Sequence record: DRR378314_409
Length of the DNA: 64,000 nt
Reading direction: 5' to 3' (one strand)
Position 1 is the stretch's first letter, and each line of letters opens with the position of its first letter. Shown here one piece after another: positions 1 through 10,485 of the stretch. The notes beneath the pieces were generated by a model. That model worked only from the letters and a program-made list of their open reading frames with translations. It had not been told where the DNA came from and ran no database searches. Position numbers and translations under genes: made by a program.

Positions 1-485
1 GCTTTCTTCTGTAGGGCCTCAATATCAAATTCGCCGCTTGGGTTATGCGCAATAACGCCGTTAGGTGCGCCGAGTTCGCGGATAACGTGGGTCAATCGCC
101 GGGTATCTATTCCAGAAATACCAACCAGATCTCGCTCAATCAGCCAGGTGTTCAAATTGTCAATGGCTCGCCAGTTGGCCGGGTCGGTTATATCTGCGCG
201 GACAATCAAACCGTTGGCGGCACTGCCTTTGGTCTCGATATCTTCCTCGTTAAACCCGACATTTCCAATATGGGGAAATGTGAAGGTGATAAGCTGACCG
301 GCGAAAGAAGGATCTGTCAGGCTTTCCTGATATCCCGTCATTGAGGTATTAAAGCAGACCTCCCCAATGGTTTCGCCTGTTTTTCCGATGCCAAAACCGT
401 GGAATACGGTCCCATCGCTTAAGACCAAGACACCGGTTGGCGTCCGATCTTCATATAAATCTGATGCGTTGATTGGTTTAGACAT
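1..485 (-). CDS. carA: Carbamoyl-phosphate synthase small subunit, N-terminal part (runs off the left edge)
   Basis: Manual translation from ATG at 485: MSKPINASDLYEDRTPTGVLVLSDGTVFHGFGIGKTGETIGEVCFNTSMTGYQESLTDPSFAGQLITFTFPHIGNVG, the CarA signature GEVxFNTxMTGYQExLTDPS. Absent from the ORF track because there is no stop in the window. Confidence 0.95.
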   Translation of the reverse strand, partial: MSKPINASDLYEDRTPTGVLVLSDGTVFHGFGIGKTGETIGEVCFNTSMTGYQESLTDPSFAGQLITFTFPHIGNVGFNEEDIETKGSAANGLIVRADITDPANWRAIDNLNTWLIERDLVGISGIDTRRLTHVIRELGAPNGVIAHNPSGEFDIEALQKK

Positions 486-610
486 GCCTTTAGGGACCCC
501 CTGCATAAAACGCTGGGCCTCAATCCTTCTGCCGATATGAATATTGACGCGGGAAGATAGGGTAAACTCCGCTTGCCGTCAAGTTCTTCCTTATAAAATT
601 AACCCTTTAA

Positions 611-623
611 AATCAATGGCTTA
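611..623 (+). promoter_or_regulatory. Possible IHF binding site in the carA/yqeY divergent region
   Basis: AATCAATGGCTTA matches WATCAANNNNTTR; the motif is short and could be chance. Confidence 0.3.
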
Positions 624-693
624 GGCAGAAAAATTGGTTTGCTAAATTTAGGCGGTTGGGTTACTATGGCCGCTTTCCTTGGCGACAATGTAA

Positions 694-1158
694 ATGAATA
701 TGTTACGTATCCAACTTAAAGACTCCCTAAAAGACGCAATGAAATCAAAGGACAAGCGGAAGATCTCCACTTTGCGCCTGATCCTTGCGACGCTTCATGA
801 CCGTGATATTGCGGCTCGTGAAAATGGTTCTGATGAGGGAATCGGTGATGACGAAATTCTGCGGATGCTGACGACGATGGTTCGCCAGCGCAAAGATTCG
901 ATTGCTGCCTATGAAGAAGGGGGTCGGATTGATCTCGCCAATTCTGAGCAGGAAGAGATTACGGTTATCACCGAATTTTTGCCCAAGCAGTTTGATGAAG
1001 ATGAAATCAAAGCGGCTATTCAGGAGACAATCTCTGATATTGGCGCTGAAGGTTTGAAAGACATGGGTAAGACCATGGGGGCTTTGAAAAGCAAATATGC
1101 CGGTAAAATGGATTTTGCAAAGGCCAGTGCGCTCGTAAAAGCGGAACTTGGTGCTTAG
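694..1158 (+). CDS. yqeY: GatB/YqeY domain protein
   Basis: LKDAMKSKDK...LRLI...MVRQRKDSIAAYEEGGRIDLA...EI.VI..FLP...DMGK.MG; typical position between carA and dnaG in alphaproteobacteria. Confidence 0.92.
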   Translation: MNMLRIQLKDSLKDAMKSKDKRKISTLRLILATLHDRDIAARENGSDEGIGDDEILRMLTTMVRQRKDSIAAYEEGGRIDLANSEQEEITVITEFLPKQFDEDEIKAAIQETISDIGAEGLKDMGKTMGALKSKYAGKMDFAKASALVKAELGA

Positions 1159-1206
1159 CATCATTTTCTATGCGCCTACGGGTTTCAAAAGCGTAAGGGG
1201 TGGCTA

Positions 1207-3096
1207 ATGGCTTTTCCGCCGCAGTTTTTGGATGAAATCAGAAATAGAGTCAGTTTGTCCGAACTCATCGGCAGACGCACCAAGCTTGTGCGTAAAGGTC
1301 GTGAATATTCTGGTTTATGCCCGTTTCACAATGAAAAGACCCCGTCCTTTACCGTGAATGAGGATAAGGGCTTTTATCATTGTTTCGGGTGTGGTGCCCA
1401 TGGGGATCAGATTGAATTTATAAAACAAACCGAAGGTGTTGAGTTTCGAGAAGCCATCGAACGGCTGGCTGATATGGCGGGTCTTTCAATGCCAGTTGAA
1501 ACGCCCAGAGAACGTCAACGACAGAAACAAGCTGCGACCCTTCATGATGTTATGGAAATGGCCGCAAGCTGGTTTGTCGCACAGTTGTCCTCCCAAGCTG
1601 CCAAATATGCGCGAGACTACATTCAGCAAAGGAAGGTTTCGGGAGAAGCTCAAGCAGAGTTTCGCTTAGGCTACGCTCCAAGCAGTCGGACCGCGTTAAA
1701 AGAAGCTTTGCTGGCGCGGGAGGTCCCTGAAGATCTATTGCTGCAGGCCGGCCTCATTATTAAACCGGAAGACGGACGTCCCAGTTATGATCGGTTTCGT
1801 GAGCGGCTGATATTTCCAATTGCTGATCGTCAAGGACGGGTTATTGCTTTTGGCGGTAGGGCCCTCGGAGATGCGCCGGCGAAATACCTGAATTCCCCGG
1901 ATACAGTCCTGTTTCATAAAGGGCATGTACTTTATAACATGCCGACCGCCAGAAAAGCGGCCTTTGACACGGGTACTGTGATTGTCGCTGAAGGGTATAT
2001 GGATGTGATCGCGCTGTCAGATGCCGGCTTTTCTCACTCGGTGGCGCCGCTGGGAACCGCGATAACGGAAGATCAGTTGCAAATTCTCTGGAAAATGGCA
2101 CCTGAGCCGATTATGTGTTTGGATGGAGATACTGCGGGATGGCGCGCGGCTTTGCGGGCGGCAGAGCGAGCCTTGCCGCTTTTGAAGCCCGGACATTCCT
2201 TGCGGTTTGCTTTAATGCCCGAGGGCGTGGATCCGGATGACCTCATCAAGAATGAGGGGCGGGCGGCAATGAAGGATGTGCTGGATGCAGCCCTACCACT
2301 GTCTGAACTGCTCTGGCGTAAGGAAATCAGTGATCGGCAAGTTGCGACCCCTGAACAAAGGGCTGCGTTCGAAACTACGCTTTCTGAGATGACATCTCAA
2401 ATTCAAGATTCTACGGTCAGAAGCTACTATCAGCGATACTTTAAAAATCGACTTTGGGAATGGAACCGAGAGCAAAATCGGAGTGCCAATAGCTTTCCCA
2501 AGGCCAAGGCAAATCATAACCGATTCGAAAGATCTGCGAATCAAAACAGTCGATTCGGTCAAAAAATAGGGTATCAGCCATCTGTAGCCCGGCCGGAAAG
2601 TTGGGGTCGAGGGGAGCGATTAGTTGTTCTGACCGTCCTTAATCACCCGGAAATACTGGACAATCACTTTGAGCTTTTTGCTAATCTCAAGCTTTCTTCG
2701 GCTAATCTTGACAGTGTTAGGCGCGCAATCATAGAAGTTGCTTCATCCGAATCAGAACTTGACTATCCGTTGTTGAAGCACCAATTAGTGTCACGTGGTC
2801 TATCTGAAGAGATCACGCTGCTAGAGAAGTCTGCAGATCAGTCTTTAGATTGGTTTGTGTCTACCGATACGGCGACAGAAGATGCAATTAAAGGCTGGAT
2901 GCATCTTTTGGCGCGACATAAACGGGAAGAGTTGATTGCAGAGCTGAAAGCAGCAGAGAAGAATTTGGGGGAAGAAGTAACACAGGTAAACCTAGAGCGT
3001 CTGAAGTTGGCTAAGCAGGCCCTGCAAAGCGCAGAGGGTACAGAGACGGAACTAGACGGTTTTGGTGTTGCTTCAGGTAGAAATACCGAATTTTGA
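1207..3096 (+). CDS. dnaG: DNA primase
   Basis: Zn finger CPFHNEKTPSF...FYHCFGCGAHGD, KYLNSPDT, TOPRIM EGYMDVIA and DGDTAG; upstream of rpoD. Confidence 0.98.
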   Translation: MAFPPQFLDEIRNRVSLSELIGRRTKLVRKGREYSGLCPFHNEKTPSFTVNEDKGFYHCFGCGAHGDQIEFIKQTEGVEFREAIERLADMAGLSMPVETPRERQRQKQAATLHDVMEMAASWFVAQLSSQAAKYARDYIQQRKVSGEAQAEFRLGYAPSSRTALKEALLAREVPEDLLLQAGLIIKPEDGRPSYDRFRERLIFPIADRQGRVIAFGGRALGDAPAKYLNSPDTVLFHKGHVLYNMPTARKAAFDTGTVIVAEGYMDVIALSDAGFSHSVAPLGTAITEDQLQILWKMAPEPIMCLDGDTAGWRAALRAAERALPLLKPGHSLRFALMPEGVDPDDLIKNEGRAAMKDVLDAALPLSELLWRKEISDRQVATPEQRAAFETTLSEMTSQIQDSTVRSYYQRYFKNRLWEWNREQNRSANSFPKAKANHNRFERSANQNSRFGQKIGYQPSVARPESWGRGERLVVLTVLNHPEILDNHFELFANLKLSSANLDSVRRAIIEVASSESELDYPLLKHQLVSRGLSEEITLLEKSADQSLDWFVSTDTATEDAIKGWMHLLARHKREELIAELKAAEKNLGEEVTQVNLERLKLAKQALQSAEGTETELDGFGVASGRNTEF

Positions 3097-3161
3097 TAAG
3101 AATTTTGTATTAGCAGGTTTCAGGCAGCTGGAACTCGCTGACATTCAGGAGTTGAAGCTAT

Positions 3162-5198
3162 ATGGCTACAAAAAATGCAGAGGCCGTTGAAGCACAAGAT
3201 CAAAGAGAAGATGCGCCTGACAGCCCTTTGATTGATGCGTCTCAAGCTGCAGTTAAAAAAATGCTCACCAAGGCAAAGGAAAAAGGCTTTGTCACATTCG
3301 ATGAGCTGAATGATGTCCTGCCTCAGGATCAGATGTCCTCCGAGCAGATTGAAGACACGATGTCACTGTTATCTGAAATGGGCATTAATGTCGTGGAAAA
3401 TGATGAAGCCGGTGAAGAGACCGCCTCTGAGGATGATGAGGAGGTCGCTGAAGAAAAAGGCGTTGTCAAAACTCCGGAAAAGGCCACAACCACTGGAGAC
3501 CGGACCGATGATCCCGTCCGCATGTATTTGCGGGAAATGGGAACGGTCGAGCTGTTGTCACGTGAAGGTGAGATCGCGATTGCGAAGCGGATCGAAGCTG
3601 GCCGCGGGAAATTGATCGGGGCCATTTGTGAAAGTCCCCTGACAATTAGAGCTATCCTAAATTGGCGCGAATTGATGTTACAGGAGCAGCTTTTGCTGCG
3701 CGATGTTATTGATCTTGATGCGACATATGGTGCTGGCGCTGCTGCTGAAAAAGCGCTTCAGGAAGGATTTGACGCTGATAGCGACGATGACTTGCCGGCT
3801 AATGATCTCAGTTCCGATGATGACAGCGATGATGACGACGACGACGAGTCTACTGAAGAAGAAGTAGATGAAGATGGCAACCCGATTAAACGGGAAGAAG
3901 AGGATGATGATGACGATGCGGAGGAGAACACCATGTCTCTTGCTGCGTTGGAGGAAACTCTGAAGCCACAGGTCTTTGAACGCTTTGATGAAATCGCCAA
4001 AACTTATAAGAAACTGCACAAGCTACAGGAAGCTAAGCTTAATGCAGCTCTTGAGAATGACAGTATTCCAAAAGCGCAAGAAAAGAAATACGACAAGCTA
4101 AAGGCTGAGCTGGTCAAGCTTATGGATGATGTCCATTTGACCAATAATCGGATCGAGGCGTTGGTTGACCAGCTATATGGTATTAACCGGCGTTTGATGA
4201 GTCTGGAAGGTAAATTGTTACGCTTGGCGGAGCGGAACAAAGTTTCCCGGGCGAGTTTCCTGGAAAACTATTTCGGATCTGAGTTAGATCCGGGCTGGAT
4301 TGAAAAAGTCGGTAAATTAAAAGCCAAGGGCTGGAAAGAATTTGTCGATAAGGAAATTGATTCCATTAACGATACGCGTAGCGAAATTATCAAGATTTCT
4401 TCTGAATTCGGCATGCCGATGACAGAATTTCGCCGGATTGTAAGCGCGGTTCAGACTGGTGAACGCGAGGCGAGCCGAGCGAAAAAAGAAATGGTTGAAG
4501 CCAACCTTAGGCTCGTGATCTCCATCGCTAAAAAATATACCAATCGGGGCCTGCAATTCCTGGATCTTATTCAGGAAGGCAACATTGGTTTGATGAAGGC
4601 CGTTGATAAATTTGAGTATCGGCGTGGTTACAAGTTTTCAACCTATGCAACCTGGTGGATCCGGCAAGCCATTACCCGCTCTATTGCGGATCAGGCCCGG
4701 ACTATCCGTATCCCGGTCCATATGATTGAGACCATCAACAAGCTTGTACGTACATCTCGGCAGATGCTGCATGAAATCGGACGGGAGCCAACACCAGAGG
4801 AGTTGGCAATTAAGCTTGGTATGCCGCTTGAAAAAGTGCGGAAGGTTATGAAGATTGCCAAGGAACCCATCAGTCTGGAAACACCGATTGGCGATGAAGA
4901 AGATAGCCATTTGGGTGATTTCATTCAGGATGAGAATGCGGTTCAACCACTGGACGCAGCTATTCAGTCCAATCTTCGGGAAACAACAACCCGCGTACTT
5001 GCATCTTTGACACCGCGTGAAGAGCGGGTCCTCAGGATGCGATTTGGGATTGGCATGAATACGGATCACACATTGGAAGAAGTCGGGCAGCAATTCTCAG
5101 TTACCCGAGAGCGGATCCGGCAAATTGAGGCGAAAGCTCTTCGGAAACTAAAGCATCCGAGCCGATCGCGTAAACTGCGCAGTTTCTTGGATACATAG
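3162..5198 (+). CDS. rpoD: RNA polymerase primary sigma factor (sigma70)
   Basis: Region 1.2 [12 protein letters not shown]; region 2 [59 protein letters not shown]; region 4 [27 protein letters not shown]. Confidence 0.99.
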   Translation: MATKNAEAVEAQDQREDAPDSPLIDASQAAVKKMLTKAKEKGFVTFDELNDVLPQDQMSSEQIEDTMSLLSEMGINVVENDEAGEETASEDDEEVAEEKGVVKTPEKATTTGDRTDDPVRMYLREMGTVELLSREGEIAIAKRIEAGRGKLIGAICESPLTIRAILNWRELMLQEQLLLRDVIDLDATYGAGAAAEKALQEGFDADSDDDLPANDLSSDDDSDDDDDDESTEEEVDEDGNPIKREEEDDDDDAEENTMSLAALEETLKPQVFERFDEIAKTYKKLHKLQEAKLNAALENDSIPKAQEKKYDKLKAELVKLMDDVHLTNNRIEALVDQLYGINRRLMSLEGKLLRLAERNKVSRASFLENYFGSELDPGWIEKVGKLKAKGWKEFVDKEIDSINDTRSEIIKISSEFGMPMTEFRRIVSAVQTGEREASRAKKEMVEANLRLVISIAKKYTNRGLQFLDLIQEGNIGLMKAVDKFEYRRGYKFSTYATWWIRQAITRSIADQARTIRIPVHMIETINKLVRTSRQMLHEIGREPTPEELAIKLGMPLEKVRKVMKIAKEPISLETPIGDEEDSHLGDFIQDENAVQPLDAAIQSNLRETTTRVLASLTPREERVLRMRFGIGMNTDHTLEEVGQQFSVTRERIRQIEAKALRKLKHPSRSRKLRSFLDT

Positions 5199-5210
5199 TG
5201 ACATGATTTC

Positions 5211-5238
5211 AGGGAGAGGTTTTTCCTCTCCCTTTTTT
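5211..5238 (+). terminator. Rho-independent terminator after rpoD
   Basis: AGGGAGAGG-TTTTT-CCTCTCCCT followed by a T run. Confidence 0.85.
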
Positions 5239-5351
5239 ATTGGGAAATCAAAAAATTCCTGTTTCTATAATTGCGTCGTTGCCAAGAACAGTATAAATAA
5301 TCACGACTTGTATCGCATTCCATCCTTGGAATAAGTCTTGATGCATTTCGT

Positions 5352-5428
5352 GGGCCTGTAGCTCAGTTGGTTAGAGCCGACCGCTCATAACGGTCTGGTC
5401 GCAGGTTCGAGTCCTGCCGGGCCCACCA
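5352..5428 (+). tRNA. tRNA with CAT anticodon, most likely tRNA-Ile2 (lysidine-modified, reads AUA)
   Basis: GGGCCTGTAGCTCAGTTGGTTAGAGCCGACCGCTCATAACGGTCTGGTCGCAGGTTCGAGTCCTGCCGGGCCCACCA: cloverleaf, TTCGA T-loop, CCA end. Paired first position and no GGG/CCC anticodon stem (not an initiator); position after rpoD matches ileX. Confidence 0.93.
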
Positions 5429-5613
5429 TTTCCTCCGAAAGTCTTTCACAGTTGAAACCTAAGCATGGGGCCTTTCAAGGTAGCCAGAGATGTCTGGAAA
5501 TTAGCTGAATATCTATCGTATCCAAGCATCCCTTATTTTCGAAAATAATAATGTATTAAGCTTTTACCCTTAGTCTTCTTCCTTAGCGCGACAAGGCCTA
5601 TAAGAGAATTTAT

Positions 5614-7419
5614 GTGCCGCTCATAGGAAGTTTTATTTTGTTGAAATGGATCTTCAGGTTTCAGGAAAAAGAACGTTGGAAAGTCGGCTTTCTGGCAGCA
5701 GCTAGTGTTCTGATATTTGTCTCAATCTGGCTCACATTCAGTGCTCAATTTATCCTGAAAAGCGTAGAGAAATCGATACCGGGTGAAATTGCTTTTCAGG
5801 CCCGGGCGGTTGACAATCTGATTGTCGGTTTTGCAGATGAGATAGTCCACTTGAACGCGTCAACTGAGCCAATCAGCAAGGCGAAAAGTAATCAAATATC
5901 AACCTTGTTGGATTTGTCTCAGAAAACTTTGAGTAATTTTTTAAAGCAGAACCGCGGCGGCGGAATTGATCTGGGCGTTGAAGAGGTTTTAGAAGGCCTA
6001 GGTCAGAAATCTGTTCAGTTAAATCGAATTGTTTTATCGCTGGACGCGCAATTACCAGCGACAGAAAAGCGAAAACAGGTTTTGAGAAGCCTTTATGAAC
6101 TCAGGAATTTATTGCAGGGGCTTCGGGATAAATACGATTATTATGATATCTCGCAACTGGCTTTGCAGAAAAGAAACCTGCATACCTTCAGGTTATTATT
6201 GATTGCGACGTCGATCACGATTGTTGCGCTGGCAATTGCTTTCTTCTTTATTTTATATCGACATAAACGCATTAGTCAGGAGAAAAATGCCAGCGAAATC
6301 CAGTTGAAACGGCTGTTGGAGAACGTTTCAGAAGGTGTTTATCGCGTTGATTTTCAAAGTAACTTAATTCAATGCAACCCGGCACTTTCCCGGTTCTTAG
6401 GGTATGACAATGAAGAAGATCTGAGGAAAAATATTACAGATATTGCGAGTGAATTTTATACGGATGGGGATCTTGCTAAAGAACATCTGGATCGGTTGTC
6501 AAAGGGTGACCTGATTTTAAATGAGGTTTGCCAGTGGCGCCACAGAACCGGGCACCTCATTTGGGGAGCGATTAGCGCCTATCCTGTTTTTGATGAAGAT
6601 GGCCACCCCCTTTATATAGAGGGGGTCATGGTTGATATGAATGACCGAATTGAAGCAGAGTTAAATTTGCGAAAAGCTAAAGATGCTGCTGAAATTGCCA
6701 ATCGGGCAAAGACAGAATTTTTGGCAAATATGAGCCATGAGTTACGCACCCCTCTGAATGCGATCATCGGGTTTTCCGAGATTTTGAGAACGGAGGCTTT
6801 TGGCAAGCTCGGACATGATAATTATCGAGATTATGCATTGGATATTCACTCAGCCGGTGCACACTTGCTGCAAGTCATAAACGATATATTGGATGTCGCT
6901 AAAATAGAGGCGGGCCAGATTCAGCTTTATGAAAGAGAATTTGATGTTCGAGGCGTAATTGCATCGAGTATTCGGATGCTATCTGTTCGGGCCATGGATG
7001 GAGAGGTCCAGCTTAAGCAGAAAGTGGAAGACGGATTGCCTAATCTCTACGGAGATGAGACCCGCGTGAAGCAGGTTTTGGTGAACCTCATTTCAAATTC
7101 TGTGAAGTTCACCAAATCCGGTGGGATGATTACGGTCAACGCTTTTACGGGTGAAAAAGGGGAGCTCGTACTGCAGGTCGCGGATACAGGAATTGGGATT
7201 GCTGAAAAGGATCTCAAGCATGTGCTTTCCCGTTTTGGTCAAGCCCAGGCTAGCTATGCCCGCAATAATGAGGGGACAGGTCTAGGCTTGACCCTTGTTC
7301 AGCTGATTGTTGACATACATGGCGGCACTTTTGACCTGCAAAGTGTGGAGGGTGTAGGAACCTCCTGTGCGGTAACTTTTCCGAAAAGCCGCGTTGCTGA
7401 GCTTCGGAGTGTGGGGTAG
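5614..7419 (+). CDS. Membrane PAS-domain sensor histidine kinase, PleC/DivJ-like
   Basis: Two hydrophobic segments, PAS/PAC region, H-box FLANMSHELRTPLNAIIGFSEIL, N-box QVLVNLISNSVKFT, G-boxes DTGIGI and GTGLGL. Start codon uncertain. Confidence 0.88.
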   Translation: MPLIGSFILLKWIFRFQEKERWKVGFLAAASVLIFVSIWLTFSAQFILKSVEKSIPGEIAFQARAVDNLIVGFADEIVHLNASTEPISKAKSNQISTLLDLSQKTLSNFLKQNRGGGIDLGVEEVLEGLGQKSVQLNRIVLSLDAQLPATEKRKQVLRSLYELRNLLQGLRDKYDYYDISQLALQKRNLHTFRLLLIATSITIVALAIAFFFILYRHKRISQEKNASEIQLKRLLENVSEGVYRVDFQSNLIQCNPALSRFLGYDNEEDLRKNITDIASEFYTDGDLAKEHLDRLSKGDLILNEVCQWRHRTGHLIWGAISAYPVFDEDGHPLYIEGVMVDMNDRIEAELNLRKAKDAAEIANRAKTEFLANMSHELRTPLNAIIGFSEILRTEAFGKLGHDNYRDYALDIHSAGAHLLQVINDILDVAKIEAGQIQLYEREFDVRGVIASSIRMLSVRAMDGEVQLKQKVEDGLPNLYGDETRVKQVLVNLISNSVKFTKSGGMITVNAFTGEKGELVLQVADTGIGIAEKDLKHVLSRFGQAQASYARNNEGTGLGLTLVQLIVDIHGGTFDLQSVEGVGTSCAVTFPKSRVAELRSVG

Positions 7420-7420
7420 C

Positions 7421-8026
7421 TCAAACAATCCCACTTTGCCACACTGAGATACCAACAACAACGAGCATTACCAAAGCCATAGTTTGATTGAAACGCCGTA
7501 GCGTTTTTGGGTTTTGGACTAGACGGGCAAGTGCCTCACCACCAACGCACCAAACAGAATTTAAAGACAGACCTACAACCTGGAAAATTGGCTGAATAAT
7601 AAAGAAGGTCATAAGCGGCGATAATGTTTCTGGTGAAAACTGCGAGTAAGCGGTCACCAGCATCGCCCAGGCTTTCGGATTTAAGGGATGAATGAATAGC
7701 CCGGCAAGATAACCAGTTTGGATTTCACGCGTCGCCGAATTTGTCGCTTGAAAGGCAATCTTGTAAGCCAGATAAATAAGGTAGGCGGCAGACAGGGCCA
7801 GGAAGGTGATCCGTAAGGCGGGGAAATTCTCAAAAAGAGCGCCAATCCCTGCTGCAACACCTATTCCGACGAGCAAAAAGCCCGAATTTGTTCCTAATAG
7901 AAAGGGAATGGATTTCACGTAACCATACCGGGCGCCAACTGCCATCAAAGCCATATTGGCAGGTCCTGGAGAGCCGATCATGGAAATTGAAAATAAGACA
8001 ATAAGTATAAATGTGTCGATTGTCAT
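7421..8026 (-). CDS. LysE/RhtB family exporter
   Basis: SPGPANMALM and HPLNPKAW motifs, about 6 TM segments. Start placed at ATG 8026 (MTIDTFIL). Confidence 0.9.
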   Translation of the reverse strand: MTIDTFILIVLFSISMIGSPGPANMALMAVGARYGYVKSIPFLLGTNSGFLLVGIGVAAGIGALFENFPALRITFLALSAAYLIYLAYKIAFQATNSATREIQTGYLAGLFIHPLNPKAWAMLVTAYSQFSPETLSPLMTFFIIQPIFQVVGLSLNSVWCVGGEALARLVQNPKTLRRFNQTMALVMLVVVGISVWQSGIV

Positions 8027-8039
8027 TTGAAATCCTTGA

Positions 8040-8111
8040 TACAATAAGTAGGTAATTGTATATTGTTTTTAAAATGTCCTCGTCAAATGGAGTATTGTAC
8101 TTGGTACAATA
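8040..8111. promoter_or_regulatory. Candidate operator repeats in the lysE/MocR divergent promoter
   Basis: TACAAT-N9-ATTGTA (8040-8060) and the inverted repeat TATTGTAC-TTG-GTACAATA (8093-8111). Confidence 0.55.
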
Positions 8112-8119
8112 AAGTCGAA

Positions 8120-9496
8120 ATGAGATCTGATGAAGTGGTGAGTTACGTTCAAAAGCAAATTCAATCGGGTCATTTGACCGCTGGGGATCGATTGCCAACG
8201 CATCGGGATATGGCTTGGAAGTTAAGTTGTAGTGTTGGCACGATAACACGTGCCTATGGTGAATTGGAGCGACGGGGATTGACCTATGGTCAGGTTGGCC
8301 GTGGTACCTTTGTTGCCCCTGCACGTAGCGAAGACGTTTATGAAAATGCGCTAAGCCCTTTTGATCCCAATCAGTCTTCAGCGGCAGCCTTGGCGGATTT
8401 ATCGTTAAACAGATTTTATCATCCAGGAACTGGTGAAGCCTTCACGCAGACGTTTCGCCAGTTGTCAGAACGCATACCACTACCCGAATACGCAGATTAT
8501 ATTGATACCCGCGGCAGGGATGAGGATTTGCAAGTTGCAAAACAATGGCTCACGCGGCTAATCGGCGCGGTGGACAAAGATCACATTGTTGTCTGTCAGG
8601 GCGCGCAATCAGGATTGTACCTCACCATGAAGTCTATGACTAAACCGGGAGACACCATCGCGGTTGAGGCGTTTGGCTATCCCGGCATCAAAGCTGCGGC
8701 CATGGAAAATAGGCTTAAGATAGTTGCTGTCGATATGGATGACCATGGAATTTTGCCCTCGTCTTTCGAGGAGTTGATCCAGCGCCACAAAATCAGAATG
8801 CTGGTGACCAGCCCTACAAACCAGAATCCAACCGGAACGACGTTGCCGTTGGCAAGACGCCAAAGAATTGTTGAGCTGGCGAGCATACATAATATTCCAA
8901 TTATTGAAGACGCTGTCTATGCGCCCTTACAACAGCAGAAACTACCGAGTTTTTATGAATTGGCCCCGGATAACTCGATTTACTTAACGAGTTATTCCAA
9001 AGTTTTTAGTCCGGCTCTACGTGTTGGATATATTGTGTCGCCACACCGATATATTCCAAAGTTATTATCGGCGTCCAAAGCCATCAACTGGACGACATCA
9101 ACCATTTCCCTCGATGTGGTTAATCAATTGGTCCGATCTGGCGCGGTTGAGAAAAACCAACAGGATCTCGTCCGGGAGGGTGCTAAGCGGTTTCATATGG
9201 CCAAAGCCTATTTAGAGAGCTGGTTGTCCCCGGCACAAATGGATCATGCCGATTTTCTACCTCAACTCTGGTTACGCTTACCAGATAGCGTAACGCCGAG
9301 TGAGTTTACGGAAAGGGCCCGTCAGCTTGGAGTAATTGTGATTGGCGGGGACCGCTTTGCTATGAGCCGGATGCTGGATGATCATTATGTTCGCATCTGC
9401 TTGATGGCGACACCCTCTCGATCTGACTTAGAGACAGCTGTATCTTTGCTTGCATCGATCTTCGAGACTGCGGATGCCCAACCTTTAATCCCTTAA
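8120..9496 (+). CDS. MocR/GabR family regulator (GntR wHTH plus PLP aminotransferase-like domain)
   Basis: GDRLPTHRDMA...TITRAYGELERRGL...GRGTFV; NQNPTG, IIEDAVY, SYSKVFSPALRVG (PLP lysine). Likely start ATG 8120. Confidence 0.92.
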   Translation: MRSDEVVSYVQKQIQSGHLTAGDRLPTHRDMAWKLSCSVGTITRAYGELERRGLTYGQVGRGTFVAPARSEDVYENALSPFDPNQSSAAALADLSLNRFYHPGTGEAFTQTFRQLSERIPLPEYADYIDTRGRDEDLQVAKQWLTRLIGAVDKDHIVVCQGAQSGLYLTMKSMTKPGDTIAVEAFGYPGIKAAAMENRLKIVAVDMDDHGILPSSFEELIQRHKIRMLVTSPTNQNPTGTTLPLARRQRIVELASIHNIPIIEDAVYAPLQQQKLPSFYELAPDNSIYLTSYSKVFSPALRVGYIVSPHRYIPKLLSASKAINWTTSTISLDVVNQLVRSGAVEKNQQDLVREGAKRFHMAKAYLESWLSPAQMDHADFLPQLWLRLPDSVTPSEFTERARQLGVIVIGGDRFAMSRMLDDHYVRICLMATPSRSDLETAVSLLASIFETADAQPLIP

Positions 9497-9543
9497 GTGG
9501 TCCATGCTTGACAGACACTAAAGATACGTAGATTTTCTCCGCC

Positions 9544-10485
9544 ATGACAAAGCGTAAAATTATTATTGATTGTGATCCGGGACAGGATGATGCCGTTGCA
9601 ATTTTGTTAGCACTTGCAGCGACAAAAGAGCTTGATATTCTGGGAATTACGACCATTGCTGGCAATGTTCCGCTGACCTTGACAGAGCAGAATGCCAGGC
9701 GAATTTGTGAACTGGCGGGACGTTCAGATATGCCTGTGTTTGCAGGCGCCAGCCAACCTTTGTTTCGAAAATTGGTTACGGCAGAATGGATCCATGGCAA
9801 AACCGGTTTGGACGGTGCTGATCTTCCGGCGCCTGAAATGGATTTGCAAGAGAAGCATGCTGTCTCCTACATCGTGGATACCTGCTTGGCAGCGGACGAA
9901 AACTCTATAACCATTTGTCCGATTGGCCCCATGACAAATGTGGCGCTGGCCATCATGCAGGCACCCCAGATTATCCCGAAAATAAAAGAAATTGTTTTTA
10001 TGGGCGGGGCTGTTCAGGAATTTGGCAACACAACCCCCGCAGCCGAGTTTAATATTTATGTAGACCCTCACGCAGCAAATGTAGTTGTCGAATCCGGAAT
10101 ACCAATTGTGATGATGCCTTTGGATGTAACGCATAAGGCCTTGGTGACTGAAAGTCGATTGGAGCGATTTAAGCATATGCAGACACCGGTTGGAAATGTT
10201 TGCGGAGGTATGCTGGATTTCTTTAACCGATTTGATATGGGGCGCTACGGGTTTGAAGGGGGGCCGCTGCACGATCCTTGTGTTGTGGCATATCTTATTG
10301 AGCCTGATATTTTTTCTGGCCGTGAAGTCAATCTTGCGATTGAAATTTCGTCGGAATTGACCATTGGACAAACTGTTGTGGATTGGTGGGATATTCAGGA
10401 TAAACCCAAAAATGCATTTGTTTGCAATGATTTGGACGATGATAGGTTTTTTGAGTTGTTGTTCAGTCGACTTGGTCAACTGTAG
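9544..10485 (+). CDS. Inosine-uridine preferring nucleoside hydrolase (Rih family)
   Basis: IIDCDPGQDDAVA, IHGKTGL, GPMTNVA, AEFNIYVDPHAA, LHDPCVVAY. Confidence 0.95.
   Translation: MTKRKIIIDCDPGQDDAVAILLALAATKELDILGITTIAGNVPLTLTEQNARRICELAGRSDMPVFAGASQPLFRKLVTAEWIHGKTGLDGADLPAPEMDLQEKHAVSYIVDTCLAADENSITICPIGPMTNVALAIMQAPQIIPKIKEIVFMGGAVQEFGNTTPAAEFNIYVDPHAANVVVESGIPIVMMPLDVTHKALVTESRLERFKHMQTPVGNVCGGMLDFFNRFDMGRYGFEGGPLHDPCVVAYLIEPDIFSGREVNLAIEISSELTIGQTVVDWWDIQDKPKNAFVCNDLDDDRFFELLFSRLGQL

Noticed and set aside
45..344. 99-aa plus-strand ORF
   Set aside because: Antisense shadow of carA.
3770..3930. GAT/GAC/GAA-rich repetitive tract
   Set aside because: Normal acidic loop of the RpoD non-conserved region.
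9724..10479. 251-aa minus-strand ORF
   Set aside because: Antisense to the well-supported nucleoside hydrolase; no recognisable motifs.
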